From positions 351,622 through 415,621 of the forward strand of contig BCKZ01000011.1 in the NCBI GenBank assembly GCA_001600815.1: a stretch of DNA of 64,000 nt, read 5' to 3'. Position numbers and translations under genes: made by a program. This DNA is from Alloascoidea hylecoeti. Lineage: Eukaryota. Below the pieces are notes generated by a model. It saw only the letters and a program-made list of their open reading frames with translations, searched no databases and was not told the DNA's origin. Below are positions 22,523 to 35,302 of the stretch, piece by piece (positions within the stretch are counted from its first letter, which is position 1; every line of letters begins with the position of its first letter).

Positions 22523-25500
22523 TTAAATTATACTATTTAATGTATTTTTCTTTTCAAATAGCATTTTTGCAACCAATGAAGCATTATTTTCTTCAGCTTT
22601 TGTATCTAAATCTCCTCCACTAACACTTTGATCAAGAGCTAATTTATTATTTGCTAATGATAAAATATTTTCTTCTATTGTATTTTTTGTAACAAATCTT
22701 ATAACATTAACTTCTCTTGTTTGACCAACACGATGAGCTCTATCTTCGGCCTGCTTATCATCATGTGGATTAAAACTTTGATCGAATATTATAACAACGT
22801 TAGCACAAGCTAAATTAATACCAAACCCACCTGCTTTTGTGGATAATAAAAACACTGAAATAGAATGATCTTCATAAAATTGATCAATCATATCTTGTCT
22901 TGTTTGAACTTCAGTTGAACCATCTAATCTTAAAAATGATATGTTCATTGTTGATAAAACTTGTTCTAGAATATCTAAAACTTGTGTAAATTGTGAAAAG
23001 ATTAAAATCTTACCATTTTTTTCTATCATATTCGGTAGTAAACTTTTTAATTTTAATACTTTTCCAGATTCCATCCATTCTTCATTTTGTAAAGAATATT
23101 TTGAAATACTTTTAAATTTTAAACATAATAAATGAAGTTCATAATCACTCATAACTTCCATATCTTCAAAAATAAATTGTCTATTTGCTTCTACATATGC
23201 ATCTTCTCTCATGATATCCTTCGACATATCTTTTAAAATCTCAGTAGTATAATGAGTTCGAAATAATAGAGGATGTAGGGAAGCTTTTCGTAATTGCATC
23301 AAAACATTATTTGAAGTTTTATCACCTTTAATAAAAGCAATACCATCTTTTCTCTTTTGCATTGCTTCTCTACCTTGTTGTAATTCATGATCATAAATTG
23401 ATTGTTGTAAAGGTAGCATATCGCAAAATTCAATGATTTTTGTCTTTTTAGGTAAATGTTTTAAAACTTGATCTTTCTTTCTACGTAATATAAAAGGAGA
23501 CATCATTGTTTTAGCACTATTAATTCTTTGTTGTGATAATAGAGGATTATAATTTTTATTATCATCAGTTGTTTTGGCTTTTTGTTTAAAGATTCCTCTT
23601 AAATCATCTTTTTTATCTTTGAAAATATTTGGTAATATAAAAGATAATAAAGAAATCAATTCTTTTAAATTATTTTGTAATGGTGTACCAGTTAATAATA
23701 ATCTAAAGGTTGCCTTTAATTTCATTAATTTTATATATCTTTCAGATTCACTGTTTTTTAACATATGTCCTTCATCATAAATACAACAGTTAAATTTTAT
23801 ACTTTTAAGAAATCCAGTATCGTATTTACCACCAGTTGCTAAATTATAGGTTGTTACTAGAACATCGAAGTCAGAATTGTTTGTTAGATTTACACGTAAA
23901 TCTGATCTTTCATTCTGATTACCATAATATGGTTCAACAATTAAAGATGGGCAAAATTTTTGGAATTCTCTCAACCAATTTTCTAAGGTTGAAGAAGGTA
24001 CCACAATTAAATGTGGTCCATTAATCCCTTCCTCTTTAAGATGGGCAAGGAAAGAAATAACTTGACATGTTTTACCTAACCCCATTTCATCAGCTAGGAT
24101 ACAAGATAATCTCTTTCTGTACAATAATGATAACCAATTAATACCTACTTGTTGATAATCTTTGAGTGTAAGATCATTACTAAGTAAAGATGGCTTTTCA
24201 GTAAAATAACCACCTTTATGTTTTCTTATAGCAACCACCTTTAAATCATCATCTTCTTCTTCATTTTCATCTTCAGTGGGTGGAACACTTTCATGTAAAT
24301 CAACATTAACAGCTTCAATTTCACCTTTCGATCCCCTAACATTAATCCCCCATTTTTTCATAACATTTGAAATATCATCACCTAATTCTTTACATCGTTG
24401 AATTAAAGAATCAACAGCTTCATAACCTTTTAATGTAATAATACAGGAATCAACAACTTTCCCACCAGCTAATTTTCGATTTTTTGATTTTTTCTTCGTT
24501 AAATCTTCAGGAGTTTCAACCATTCTTGCTCTATCTAAAGATCGAAATGGTCTTTCAGAAACCATTTTTTTAGCAATTTCTGGTGTACATGATGCGATAT
24601 CTGCTAAATCTCGTTCTGAAGAAGTATTAATAAATTTTAATACTCTAAGGTTAAATAACCGTTCTTCTTCGGTATCACCTTCAAAGTCAGATATTTCACT
24701 AGAGTCGTTGTCATCATGGTCAATCGCTTCTGGCTCTTCTTCGTCATCACTGATACGAAAATATTTTTTACTTGGAGTATTATTATTTGGACTATTTTGG
24801 TTTGCAATTGTAAGTTTATTGATTGTTAAATGTGACGTCGGTGATGAAGAGATTGAAACTACCGATGGAGGTGATGAACCAGAACTTGCACTCCCTCTAA
24901 CCAATCTTCTTCGTGGCTTTTCTTGGGGTTGTGGTGGTGAATTATTTGTATTTGTGTTTGTATTTGTGTTTGTACGAGTTCCAAATTTTTGAGCGATTGA
25001 AAGTTTTGATTTTGAAGTGTTTACTTTTGAACTTGTAACTGTATTATTCTTATTATTTCGAGATTCAAGGTATGATTTTGCATCCTCGAAATTAATTTTG
25101 ATTCTTAAAGCTGAAACGATTAAATTATCAGAAATATTTGGAAATAAATGCTTTAATTTTTTAACATTTGTTGATAATTGATCACTCATTAAACTTGAAT
25201 TATTTGAATTTGTACCATTATCATGAGAATATTGAGTTTTTGGTCGCTTATTTTCATGATTGTCATTTGAAAGATTAAACCCAAATTTATCTCTTAATGA
25301 AGCTGAAATTCCTTCAAATGATCTTTTTTTCATAGCGGTTTCCGATTCATTTATATTTGTTATTGGTTTTCTAACACTTGGTCGTTTTAATAATTTCGTA
25401 ACAGGAGACTCCATAGATTCATTATCATCATCAGAATCATCACTACTATCATCCAAAAAATTTATATCGATTTTTTTATCCTTTTGATCGCGTCCATCAT

Positions 25501-25615
25501 TATTAATGTCATTACCACGTGAAGCCATTTGTAAACCTGAAAATGAATAAGTTATTGGAGATGATGCAAGAACTTGTATAGTTGGGTTATTACTTGATGT
25601 TTGGGTTGGCTCCAT
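22523..25615 (-). CDS. FUN30: SWI2/SNF2 chromatin remodeller (Fun30/Fft/SMARCAD1)
   Basis: LADEMGLGKT, DEGH box, QAEDRAHRVGQ, CUE-like N-terminal segment; ATG at 25615. Confidence 0.93.
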   Translation of the reverse strand: MEPTQTSSNNPTIQVLASSPITYSFSGLQMASRGNDINNDGRDQKDKKIDINFLDDSSDDSDDDNESMESPVTKLLKRPSVRKPITNINESETAMKKRSFEGISASLRDKFGFNLSNDNHENKRPKTQYSHDNGTNSNNSSLMSDQLSTNVKKLKHLFPNISDNLIVSALRIKINFEDAKSYLESRNNKNNTVTSSKVNTSKSKLSIAQKFGTRTNTNTNTNTNNSPPQPQEKPRRRLVRGSASSGSSPPSVVSISSSPTSHLTINKLTIANQNSPNNNTPSKKYFRISDDEEEPEAIDHDDNDSSEISDFEGDTEEERLFNLRVLKFINTSSERDLADIASCTPEIAKKMVSERPFRSLDRARMVETPEDLTKKKSKNRKLAGGKVVDSCIITLKGYEAVDSLIQRCKELGDDISNVMKKWGINVRGSKGEIEAVNVDLHESVPPTEDENEEEDDDLKVVAIRKHKGGYFTEKPSLLSNDLTLKDYQQVGINWLSLLYRKRLSCILADEMGLGKTCQVISFLAHLKEEGINGPHLIVVPSSTLENWLREFQKFCPSLIVEPYYGNQNERSDLRVNLTNNSDFDVLVTTYNLATGGKYDTGFLKSIKFNCCIYDEGHMLKNSESERYIKLMKLKATFRLLLTGTPLQNNLKELISLLSFILPNIFKDKKDDLRGIFKQKAKTTDDNKNYNPLLSQQRINSAKTMMSPFILRRKKDQVLKHLPKKTKIIEFCDMLPLQQSIYDHELQQGREAMQKRKDGIAFIKGDKTSNNVLMQLRKASLHPLLFRTHYTTEILKDMSKDIMREDAYVEANRQFIFEDMEVMSDYELHLLCLKFKSISKYSLQNEEWMESGKVLKLKSLLPNMIEKNGKILIFSQFTQVLDILEQVLSTMNISFLRLDGSTEVQTRQDMIDQFYEDHSISVFLLSTKAGGFGINLACANVVIIFDQSFNPHDDKQAEDRAHRVGQTREVNVIRFVTKNTIEENILSLANNKLALDQSVSGGDLDTKAEENNASLVAKMLFEKKNTLNSII

Positions 25616-25903
25616 CAACGATTTAAAATAATTGGGAGTGGCTTACAAACAAAAGTTTTTTAAATGGAATGAAATATATATTTTTCGAAATATATCTAAA
25701 ATATCCCGAAAAAAGTTATTTATCGAACGAAGATTTGGAGGTGAAAAATTGAAAAATCGAAGATGAGGAAAAGGATGGAAAACATCCGAACACACCACCC
25801 GAAGGTTCTCGCAATTTTTGTCTATTTCCCCATAAATGAAATCTTTTTGACCCCCTCAACTTTTCATCTTTTCAAACTCTCCGATTCTTCAATTACAATT
25901 CCA

Positions 25904-26722
25904 ATGTTTGGTGCCATTTGTTCAGGTTGGCCTGGTACGTAGGGGCAAAGTAGATGCTTTTAAAAGGAGTTTCACTAATGTTCTCATTATTATAGTCCAA
26001 CCTGCTATACCACAAGCAGACCCAACTAAATATGTGCTTCAATTTGATTATGGAGCCCATATAAATCATATTGTTGTCTTTTTAATGCCTGATGGTAAGA
26101 TAATTACTTAGCTTATATTTTTATACCTGTTAATTAACTGTATATGATGACATTAGCTATACTAGATCCTCAATATGCTGCTACAGTTTATTTCCAATTA
26201 CCAGGTCAAGATTTTCAATTATTAGGAGCGTAGGTAGATATTTATTTATTAACATCTTATGTATTTATATCTAACATTGAATCCAGCATATCTGCTTCTA
26301 AACCATCAGCGATTTTCAAAATTAATAATAATAAATCAAATCAAACAAATTCAATCGGTCAAATTGACGATATGGAAATGTCCGATGCAAACCCTATAGT
26401 GTCATCAGGCATAATAAATGTTGGTATATCAATTGAACCAGTTCAGCAAGTTGAACAAGCATTGACTCAATTAAAAGCTCAAAGAGAGATTCAACAGCAA
26501 CAACAACAAAATAATCCACCTATATCTGCTGGTGCTTTAGCATCAAAAGATATAAATTCAACTGCAATTCTAGCAAATAAAATTGTTCAACATGCCTACA
26601 ATTTTCTAAGTGGATTTGTTGATAATCAAGGAAAAGTCAGTATGAAAACTTTTGATGAGTGGTGGAATAAGTTTAAAAGGAAATTACAAATGGATCCAAG
26701 ATTTCTTGATTCTTTAGATTAA
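25904..26722 (+). CDS. OPI10: Hikeshi/OPI10 homolog, 4 exons (25904-25934, 25996-26094, 26157-26229, 26287-26722), 212 aa
   Basis: Spliced product MFGAICSGWPV..HIVVFL..AATVYFQLP..FQLLGAISASKPSAIFK..FDEWWNKFKRKL..DPRFL; three GT-AG introns of 57-62 bp keep the frame. Confidence 0.9.
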
Positions 26723-27495
26723 CATTTTTTTAAACTTTTCAATGTTGACAACATTATTATTACAGTTATTTCCGTCTGATCAATATAGATGTTTGTTTAT
26801 ATCATTTATGATTCTAGCTATGAATCGACATTACAATTTATTACCTATAGCAGTATTACAGCACATTATACATTAAGATTGATTTTATTCTTGTTCTCAT
26901 GAGCTTGTTCTTTGTTGTATTCTAACAGGTGGATTAATAAAAAGAGTATTAATTTTTTTCCTAGTATAATTCGAATAACTTTATTATTGGATATTATTGT
27001 ACCTCCTACTGTGTAACATATTCTGACTAACTAATGCCTACACTAGAAGATGTGAAGGAGGATAGAGCCTCTGAATTAAATTATCTTCCTTGTAAATATC
27101 TACCTTTTCCCCATGATTATTTTTGCTCTTGAGGATGGGAGCGGTTCAGATTGGAACGTACTTAGAGATCGCCCGTTTGAAATTCTGTGTGTCTAAAACC
27201 ATGTTTATGCTAGTGATCCTGACATTTTACAAGAACAGCTTCGGACTAAGATATTGATATTCTATTAGTATAGAGTAGATAAAATGCTTTCTATTGTCTT
27301 TATGTTTATTTTTAATTAACAAAGTTTCATATTAGAGAATAAATCAATTTCTAATTTCTGTTGACGCTTTAGAAGTTTTAATTATGTTGTATTATCAACG
27401 GGTTAACCGAAAAGAGATTATAATTAAGAATAAATATAATAATTATAAAGAAGATATTCTCAGCGGCCATATTCATAATAGAATTTCAATAATAA

Positions 27496-28715
27496 CTAAC
27501 TAAAAATATCACTTTTTGAAACACCTTCTCTTTTCCCAATTCCAATTAAAAATATATCATTACGTCGTACTTGCGTATCATGTTTACTTTCTAATAAAAG
27601 TTTTTCAATATAAACATTTTTAAATAATTTTTGTAATCTTTCTTTTAAATATTTAGTTTCTGAACCATCAAAAATCCTACAAATAAATTTTCCAGTTTTT
27701 GGTATTAAAAGATCAACAGCTAAAAGTAAAGCAGAATCGCAAGCATCCTAATAAAATAGAAAAAGAAAATTAAAAAAAATAGAATTTTGTTAGACCTTCC
27801 GTAAGAACAATGTAAATAGACGTGGGGAATAAAAACTTACAATAGAATGAGCATGGTCCCGAATTGCCATTCCTGGTATTATGGCCATATTAAGATAAGG
27901 ATCATTAATTGTATTCAAATAATAGCCATTTGTCTGTGGCCAATATTCTGATAAATCGGAAAGAATTATATCAACTGGATATTTGGTTTCCCATTTCTCT
28001 AATAAGGGGGAATTGCCACATGCATTACCATCACTTTCTCCATTGTTATCTTTAGTAATAGTATTGGTATTTTGAACAGGACTGAAAATCTTTTCAGTTT
28101 CTATATAACTGTTTTCTTGAATTTCAATATGATTATTATTAATTAAAGGAACATTTATTGTTTTTGGGAAATAAGGAGTTTTAAAAAAATCTTTAATTTG
28201 TTGATGTGTTTTCTGAGAAAAAATGTTTCCTTGAATAGTTGAAGCACCTGGTGGTGGTGGACATGGCAAAAGATCAACACCTAAAATCCGACCATTTGGG
28301 AATACTTTATCAACTGCTAATCGTGTCCATGCTCCAGGGGCGTAACCCTATTTCTCGAATAATTGGTCAGAATTTGAATATTAATATAATTTTAGGTAGA
28401 TGGATCACTTTAACTTACGAGATCTAAAACCCACATTCCTTTTTGAATTAATTGATATTTATCATCGAGAAGAAATAGTTTCAAGGCAGATCGAGATTCT
28501 AGTCCATGGACTGCATTCTCTCTATCAAGTTCAGCCGATTCTTTTTCGGAGGACTTCGACAGGCTACTTGATTTTCTTCTCCTTTTAGAAGAAAGAAATC
28601 TGCATTGAACAGTTCTTATCGGGGATGTTAGTATACATTGCTTGAGCCCATTAATGCTAACATCTGAGCTGATACTTCGGAGAAATTGTCCGGGGAAGAT
28701 CAATAATGGAAGCAT
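27496..28715 (-). CDS. MRM2: Mitochondrial rRNA 2'-O-methyltransferase (FtsJ/RlmE family), exons 28715-28419, 28347-27841, 27747-27496
   Basis: SRSALKL, VLDLGYAPGAW, GVDLLPC.PP.G, VDIILSD; two GTAAGT..TAG phase-0 introns. Confidence 0.88.
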
Positions 28716-29294
28716 ATTGTATGTTGCAGGTTTTATATAATGATAATGATGTTGGAATTGACTAATTCAGCGTGTGCATTATGACCAAAATGATTAGTCC
28801 CTCCACAAAAAGAATTTGAAGGTTTTGTACTGTGCAACTTTGTGTCCGCACCAATCGCAACCTTCGAAAAATTAATAAACAAAACTTTTTAAATTAATTT
28901 GTTATTGCTAATTAAATTTAAAAGATATTCATACTTTTTCCGTTCTGTTACTTTCTTTTTCCCATACGCGTTATATTTTAAACACTTTTGGGTCAGGCAA
29001 CAGTCTTTTTCACATTCACATTTACGTTCAAATTTAAGTCGTCTGTTATTCTTATAAACTTCAATCGGAACTTCTTACAAATTCTCTTCATAAATATAAA
29101 GATCGACTTTAGTTGTTTGTTTAAGCTAAAACTTATAATATCGCCATAAAAGAAGCACAACGCAGAAAATATATACAATAGTGTCATTCAAATTCTTCTT
29201 GTTTATAATTATAAAACTATTCGGGTTTCTCAGACAGTTATATTTTTGTCTCATTATTTAATCTCTGCTCTCCCTTCTACAACATAAATCTCCA

Positions 29295-30404
29295 ATGAAC
29301 CAAATTTTTGCCACCGATAAAACTGTGTCGATAAGCGATATTTCTTCAGATTTAGCTCTTGAGATTCTTTCAGACTCTTTACTCGATTTATTAGACTTTG
29401 GAGCGTTAGCTCTTTCTTCTAATAAGACAGACCTTATGCATATACATAAAGTCCGAATAGAAAAATCTGCTATATCAAAAGATTCTTCAAAAGATTATTC
29501 GCCGGACTGTTTAAGCATATCTAGTCCTATAGATAACTTTAGTGGTCAAGATGGTTTGTCAAGAACACAATCTCATTCATCGTCAATATTATCTCCGGCC
29601 CCTTCCCCCCCGCCTTCTAGCGGTGAAAAGCATCAATGTTCCGATGATGAATATCCCGAACATAAAAAACAACAAAAACAAAGTACAAGAGATCAGCATT
29701 CAAATTCTCCAATTTACAATTATCAAAATATAAATTTAATTTATGATAATATTAATCAAATTAATAATAATGAAATTTCAATTTTCAAACATCGAAAACT
29801 TAATGATAAAATATATCCTTCTTTATTTGAATCTTTTAAAATATCTGAATACGTTACTGGATCAAAAAATAATAGTAATCATTTACTTTTCAAATCAACG
29901 ATAACAGAATCTGAATTTCAACTTTTATTATTAACTCGAAGGTTTTGGCTTAAATCATTACCATCATTATCAGTTCGACAATATCTTGAAAGAATTCATA
30001 AATTCTGTAAACTTTCAACATCAATGTATTTGGCAACATCATATTTCATTTATAAAATATGTATTGATTTACAGCTAATGCCATTAAACGAAAATAATGT
30101 TTATAGATTAATAAGTGCATGTTTAAGGGTATCTGGTAAACTTCTTGAAGATTTAAATCATAAACCAACATTTTTTTCTGATATTTGTGGATTATCAAGG
30201 AAAGATTTATCTAGAATTGAATTAGGATGTTTATACCTATGTAATTTTGATATGTTTATAAGTGAACAAATTTTACAAGATCATTTAAATACAATATTAA
30301 AAACTCATAAGAGGTTAAAAAATTTGAAACAAAATAACAATAATTCAAATAATGATAATGATACTAATGATTTAATATCGACTTCTCCACCTATGACACC
30401 TTAA
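29295..30404 (+). CDS. Pho80/Pcl-family cyclin
   Basis: F..KSLPSLSVRQYLERIHKFC..S and NVYRLISACLRVSGKLLED cyclin-box motifs. Confidence 0.85.
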   Translation: MNQIFATDKTVSISDISSDLALEILSDSLLDLLDFGALALSSNKTDLMHIHKVRIEKSAISKDSSKDYSPDCLSISSPIDNFSGQDGLSRTQSHSSSILSPAPSPPPSSGEKHQCSDDEYPEHKKQQKQSTRDQHSNSPIYNYQNINLIYDNINQINNNEISIFKHRKLNDKIYPSLFESFKISEYVTGSKNNSNHLLFKSTITESEFQLLLLTRRFWLKSLPSLSVRQYLERIHKFCKLSTSMYLATSYFIYKICIDLQLMPLNENNVYRLISACLRVSGKLLEDLNHKPTFFSDICGLSRKDLSRIELGCLYLCNFDMFISEQILQDHLNTILKTHKRLKNLKQNNNNSNNDNDTNDLISTSPPMTP

Positions 30405-31565
30405 TATTTTATGGTTATGTCATGTCCTACAAAATACAAAATTATTCGATCTCATGATTAATTAAAAAATTTTTTAAATTTTTTAATAATATTTTTGAAT
30501 GCTAAAAGAAACATCAAAACATGCACAAGTTTTAAAATTAACAAAACCTTGATTTTGAAGTCAATTAAATGTTGCAATTTGCTGCTTCCTATTGTATGTT
30601 ATATGATATTCAATTTTTATACAGAAATGATCGGATTATGATTTTGATGCCGCAATAGCCGATTAATATTTCATTTAAAAAAAAAAAACTACTTTTAAAA
30701 TTTCACTTTTTTTTTTCATGACATGATGACATATGGGGGGTTTGGCTATTTTCTTCCCTGGGCCCCTTGTTTTTCCTGACTTTTATTGATTCTGTATAAT
30801 AATAAACAAATATAAACGATGATTTCTTACTCGTATAAAGCGCATTTATAGAAACTTTTCATGGCTTCGGGGAAATGTTTTTAAGAATATTAGACCAAAA
30901 TCACTACCGAAACTTGATTTCGGAAACCCAAAACTTTGGCAATCATAGGCCTAGTTTCGTTTTGGTTTCGGATATTGCCATGATTATGTAATAATATGCT
31001 AGCAGAGGTAACTTTTTTCATAACTATGTAAAAACTAAATGATCATGTGATGGATGGCGTACAAATATTCGCAAATTTAGAGTTCGGCTCAGATTTAAGT
31101 TTCGGCCTCCGAATATCACTAGACTGAAACTGAACGCATATAAAAAATGAAACCATTCATAGTAATATTCCCGCCAGTCACGCCCACAACGTTAATAGAA
31201 TTATAATTGGTAGTATTTTTGATACCTTCTTTTGTGCTGATTGGGTCATAATAATATTAATAATATTGAATTGCTGATATCTTATATTGCATTATATTTT
31301 ATGTCAATAACTCCTTTCTACAATGAAATGAAATTTCAATCACACAAAATTCAACTCTGGATCCCTTTAAACTTATTCGTAATCAGTAAGTATTGATCAC
31401 AATTAGGTATCGTACGTCTTAACATTGATCAACCTCAAATTGTTCATCTTTTCGTATTTTGTAATATCATGATCAATAAAAAGATTCAATATTAATGCTA
31501 GTTAATCAACAATTGTTATCCAGTAATTTGCATGCTGCTCACGGATTATCAGCCGTCCTTATAAT

Positions 31566-31700
31566 TAATTTTCGGCCGCATTATTATCAGTATGTCCCAC
31601 TGATACAGGGATATGAAGCAACTTTGGGTTCCAAATCCGGGCGAAATTTAGTAATGGGGAAGGTTGATAATTAGTATTCTCCATGGCCTAAATTAAGTAT
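31566..31700 (-). repeat. Second copy of the dispersed repeat at 15321-15455
   Basis: Manual alignment, see 15321-15455. Confidence 0.55.
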
Positions 31701-32661
31701 AATCATTGTAGAGTCTCTATTACCGAAATCAAGATGTTACAGTATAATGAAAAAACATCTTTCGTCTTTATGAAATTGAATATTGGCTTATTCATGTGGC
31801 ACAAATTGGCGAGGTTTAACTTTTTATCAAGCTTAAGATATAAGTTATATCGCTAGATTATGGATATAGCCTATTGCAACTACATAATTATTAGGCTTAT
31901 AGGAGCTCATAGCAACATTAACATCGATATAAAAAATTATGGAAATCTAAATTTAAATCTAAAATCAATTGCAATAGTTTTTCTAGTTTTAGATAACAGT
32001 GTGTATATGGCGGTAGCCGTATAACTAAGCCTAATTACCATACCTCTGAAGCTGGGGAAGACTACAATCGATATCCATGGAAATTTACACATTTTAACAA
32101 CTGGGAATTAAAACTTGAGCTATATATATAATAATAGATATATAAAACAAATAGTAATTATAAAAGTCAACAGAGAACCATTTTTGAAAACAACTGAAAC
32201 AAGAAAAACAAGTAAAATAAATATAAAACAAAATATGATGTTAAAGTCAATTGCAAATTTAAAGTCCTTCTAATCTTAATTCTGAGGTTTTTTTTTTTTT
32301 CAACAAGATGTGAGTAGTAAAGTTTTGTCTTCGATAAAAATGAAAATGATATAATAGTGCGAAACCAACCGTACTGTCATGGTAGCTAGCCATAGATAAT
32401 ATAATAATGATGATAACTTTTAATTAAGTTTCTATAATTGTAATATATCAGAGATAATAATGACAAGAATCTTTGAAATTGTCCAATTTTTTGATAGGCT
32501 GAGCACAATTGATCATGAGATAGGGATAAAATTGTAATTATAAGCATATGTTTATCATGATTATGATCTAGAATGATACTTTTTTGAAAAACTTCTCTTA
32601 TCAGCTTATAATTAAACAACTTATAATTATAAATATATTTAGATTTAGATTTTGTTATAAA

Positions 32662-34755
32662 TTAATAATGCTCAGCTGATTGGTAAGCATGTGTTTTTAA
32701 TTTATTTCTTGATAATTTTCTTACAATTTTTGCACCAAGTGATTCATTAGCATTAAGATCTTCTCTTGAAGCAGATGCTTCAAAACTTTCATCAGGTGTT
32801 TCAAATTCTTTTGGGTTATACATTTCTTCTTCCCAATTATTTTGATGTTGTGTAGCTGCCAAACCTAATTGAAATAATTCATTATTATTATCATTATTTT
32901 TTGCAATATTTGCAGCATTATTTGGTTGAAATGATGTTCGATCATCTAATGGTTTTGCAATTTTTGAATCTGGATTTTTTGAAAAAATTGCCATTGAACA
33001 AAAAACAATTGTTATAATCAATAAAATAAATGAAAATGCTGCATTTAATATAAAAAATACCCATCCCATAATTGATGAAACTGCTGGTGATTGATTAAAA
33101 ATTTGACTAAAAAACATAAAGAAAAATGCATTTAATGTCATTACAACAGAAATTGCAATATTAATACCATTAACAACTTTGTTTAAATATGGCATTAATA
33201 CACATAATGCAATTAGATATGCCAATTCAACAATGAAAATAAGTATACTTTGTGCTCCACCATGAGATTGAATAAATGCAATAAAACAAGCTTTAATAAA
33301 AACATGAAACAACGTTATTGAACCAAAATAAAACCTATTTGCATTGAATTGTGTATACATGAATCCATATTTATCCAAAACTTTTTCTTTTGAATATAAA
33401 ATATAAGCAGGATTTTTATATTCATTAATTGATTTCATTGCTGCTATATTTGTTTTATAGCAACACCATGCTAAAATACCAACAGCATGAATTAAAAATA
33501 AAACTGCTAAAACAATCACAGCAGCAGAATCTCTTTCAACAAATTGCCAAAGTGATAAAATTGTCATTTGTGAAAATCCAATTAAAGTATATCTTAATAC
33601 TGCTCCTTTTAAAACCCCTCTCCAGTTATTACTAAATTCTAAAAATCGATGTTCATTAATCCATTTTGCTTTTACAGCAAGTATACAAAATCCTTTGAAA
33701 ACAAGAACAATTAAGGCTAAGACTAGACCACAGAGAACGAAAAATGTAAAACCGGTTGCACAAACACTTGTTTGTTCAATTCCGGCAATGAAAGCAACTC
33801 TTTTGATACCCCTTAAAACTAAAAGATATCTAGTATTTGAAAGAAATATATCACTTGATCTTGATTCTAATGCTCTTGTCCATAAACTTTGGGCTAATCG
33901 TTTACCATATCCTTTGAATGTTTCAACATTTCTTTGAACTAATTTATTAATAGTTGTACTTGTTAAGTATTGTGTTGGAGTTCCCCCTGTAGCCTGAACA
34001 TACCATCTAAAAATCTTTTGCATAAATTCTACTCTAATTAGACCCATTGACCAGGCTAAATTTTGTGACCAAGCAGAAGCAATTGGAGGAACTCTTTCAA
34101 CAGCTTCCATAGAAATAATAACAACAGATTGGAAATATAGAAATAATGAGACAGCAAGAGCAGCAATATGAGCAGCACTTGTTGAATTACCAAAAGTTGA
34201 CATGACAGCAGATGTTAATAAGCCAATACCTGCAACTACGGCAGTTGCCCATTTTGCACCGGTATGGGCCACAGTCCTACCATTAGTGAAATCCGTTTGA
34301 ATACATGCTAATAATGTTTCATTGTGTTTTGAATGAATGAGAATTCTAACAGTTGCATCGATATCTGGTACAACGTAGGCAATACCAGGAATTTGTTTGG
34401 TAACATCATGAGATAGAGTGTATTGGGAATTCACTTCAACATCACCGGGGTATAACGGACAAAATTGTCTGAAGTTTAGACTCGGATCACATAGATCAAG
34501 AGTCCTTTTAATGATAGAAAAACCATAGGCATAAACGGTGATATCAGCAACAATATAATCATTAATTTCAGAGGTTGCAACGATATCATATTTGACAAGA
34601 TTTTCATCCGGGTCAAATTCAACATTTAAGAACTGAGCTTCAAACTGGGAGCCTTCCATACAAGAAACCAGAGAGCTTGCACTGAGACTTCTTTTGGATA
34701 GTACTCCAGACACCAGCAAGAAAAGCGGAACAATTTGAAGTATTCTATGAAACAT
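32662..34755 (-). CDS. FLC/PKD2-like (TRP-like) ER membrane transporter
   Basis: Signal peptide, ML-like N-terminal domain, VPPIASAWSQNLAWSMGLI, LRGIKRVAF.AGIE, many TM helices. Confidence 0.92.
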   Translation of the reverse strand: MFHRILQIVPLFLLVSGVLSKRSLSASSLVSCMEGSQFEAQFLNVEFDPDENLVKYDIVATSEINDYIVADITVYAYGFSIIKRTLDLCDPSLNFRQFCPLYPGDVEVNSQYTLSHDVTKQIPGIAYVVPDIDATVRILIHSKHNETLLACIQTDFTNGRTVAHTGAKWATAVVAGIGLLTSAVMSTFGNSTSAAHIAALAVSLFLYFQSVVIISMEAVERVPPIASAWSQNLAWSMGLIRVEFMQKIFRWYVQATGGTPTQYLTSTTINKLVQRNVETFKGYGKRLAQSLWTRALESRSSDIFLSNTRYLLVLRGIKRVAFIAGIEQTSVCATGFTFFVLCGLVLALIVLVFKGFCILAVKAKWINEHRFLEFSNNWRGVLKGAVLRYTLIGFSQMTILSLWQFVERDSAAVIVLAVLFLIHAVGILAWCCYKTNIAAMKSINEYKNPAYILYSKEKVLDKYGFMYTQFNANRFYFGSITLFHVFIKACFIAFIQSHGGAQSILIFIVELAYLIALCVLMPYLNKVVNGINIAISVVMTLNAFFFMFFSQIFNQSPAVSSIMGWVFFILNAAFSFILLIITIVFCSMAIFSKNPDSKIAKPLDDRTSFQPNNAANIAKNNDNNNELFQLGLAATQHQNNWEEEMYNPKEFETPDESFEASASREDLNANESLGAKIVRKLSRNKLKTHAYQSAEHY

Positions 34756-35302
34756 GATCCTTCCAAATAAGTGAGTTGTGAACGAGTGGGAGGTTTAGAA
34801 GATGAAAAAAGGATTTGGAAGAAGATTATTAATTAACGAAAAATCAATTCGGCGGAGAAAATCAAAAAAAAAGTCCCAAAATAGGCTGCTTTAGCTTTGA
34901 AGGACTGGGTCTCGCAAATGTACGAGCGCATGCCTGCATACTTCGCGCAAACGGCCTTTTAACACGGATAAGATCCCGGACACTTTGAAAATATTTCTAT
35001 ACCATTTTTGAACGTATCTGATATTTAATAGTATTCAATGACTTTTACTCTTCAGGGTGGCTACAAGATATTTAGACATTTAGACATTTTTTTCGGTTCA
35101 TTTACAATAATTCTATATAAATAGAAATGAAGTAAACTCATACATGGCTGAGTATGGCCAGCAAAACACGATTAAACTTAAGGTTCAATCACAAACGAAC
35201 AAAAGTATATAGCAGCTAATTATAAAATAAGCGTGTTGAAGTTCAAACTCAACTGCTCGCTAAAATTAGATAGCATCAAAGGAGTTGGCACGTGATGACT
35301 CA

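Noticed and set aside
27050..27250. GC-richer patch with AAACCAT (snR30-like motif) or a faint gypsy RT-like frame
   Set aside because: The partner ATATTCCTA motif is absent and the protein similarity is too weak to support
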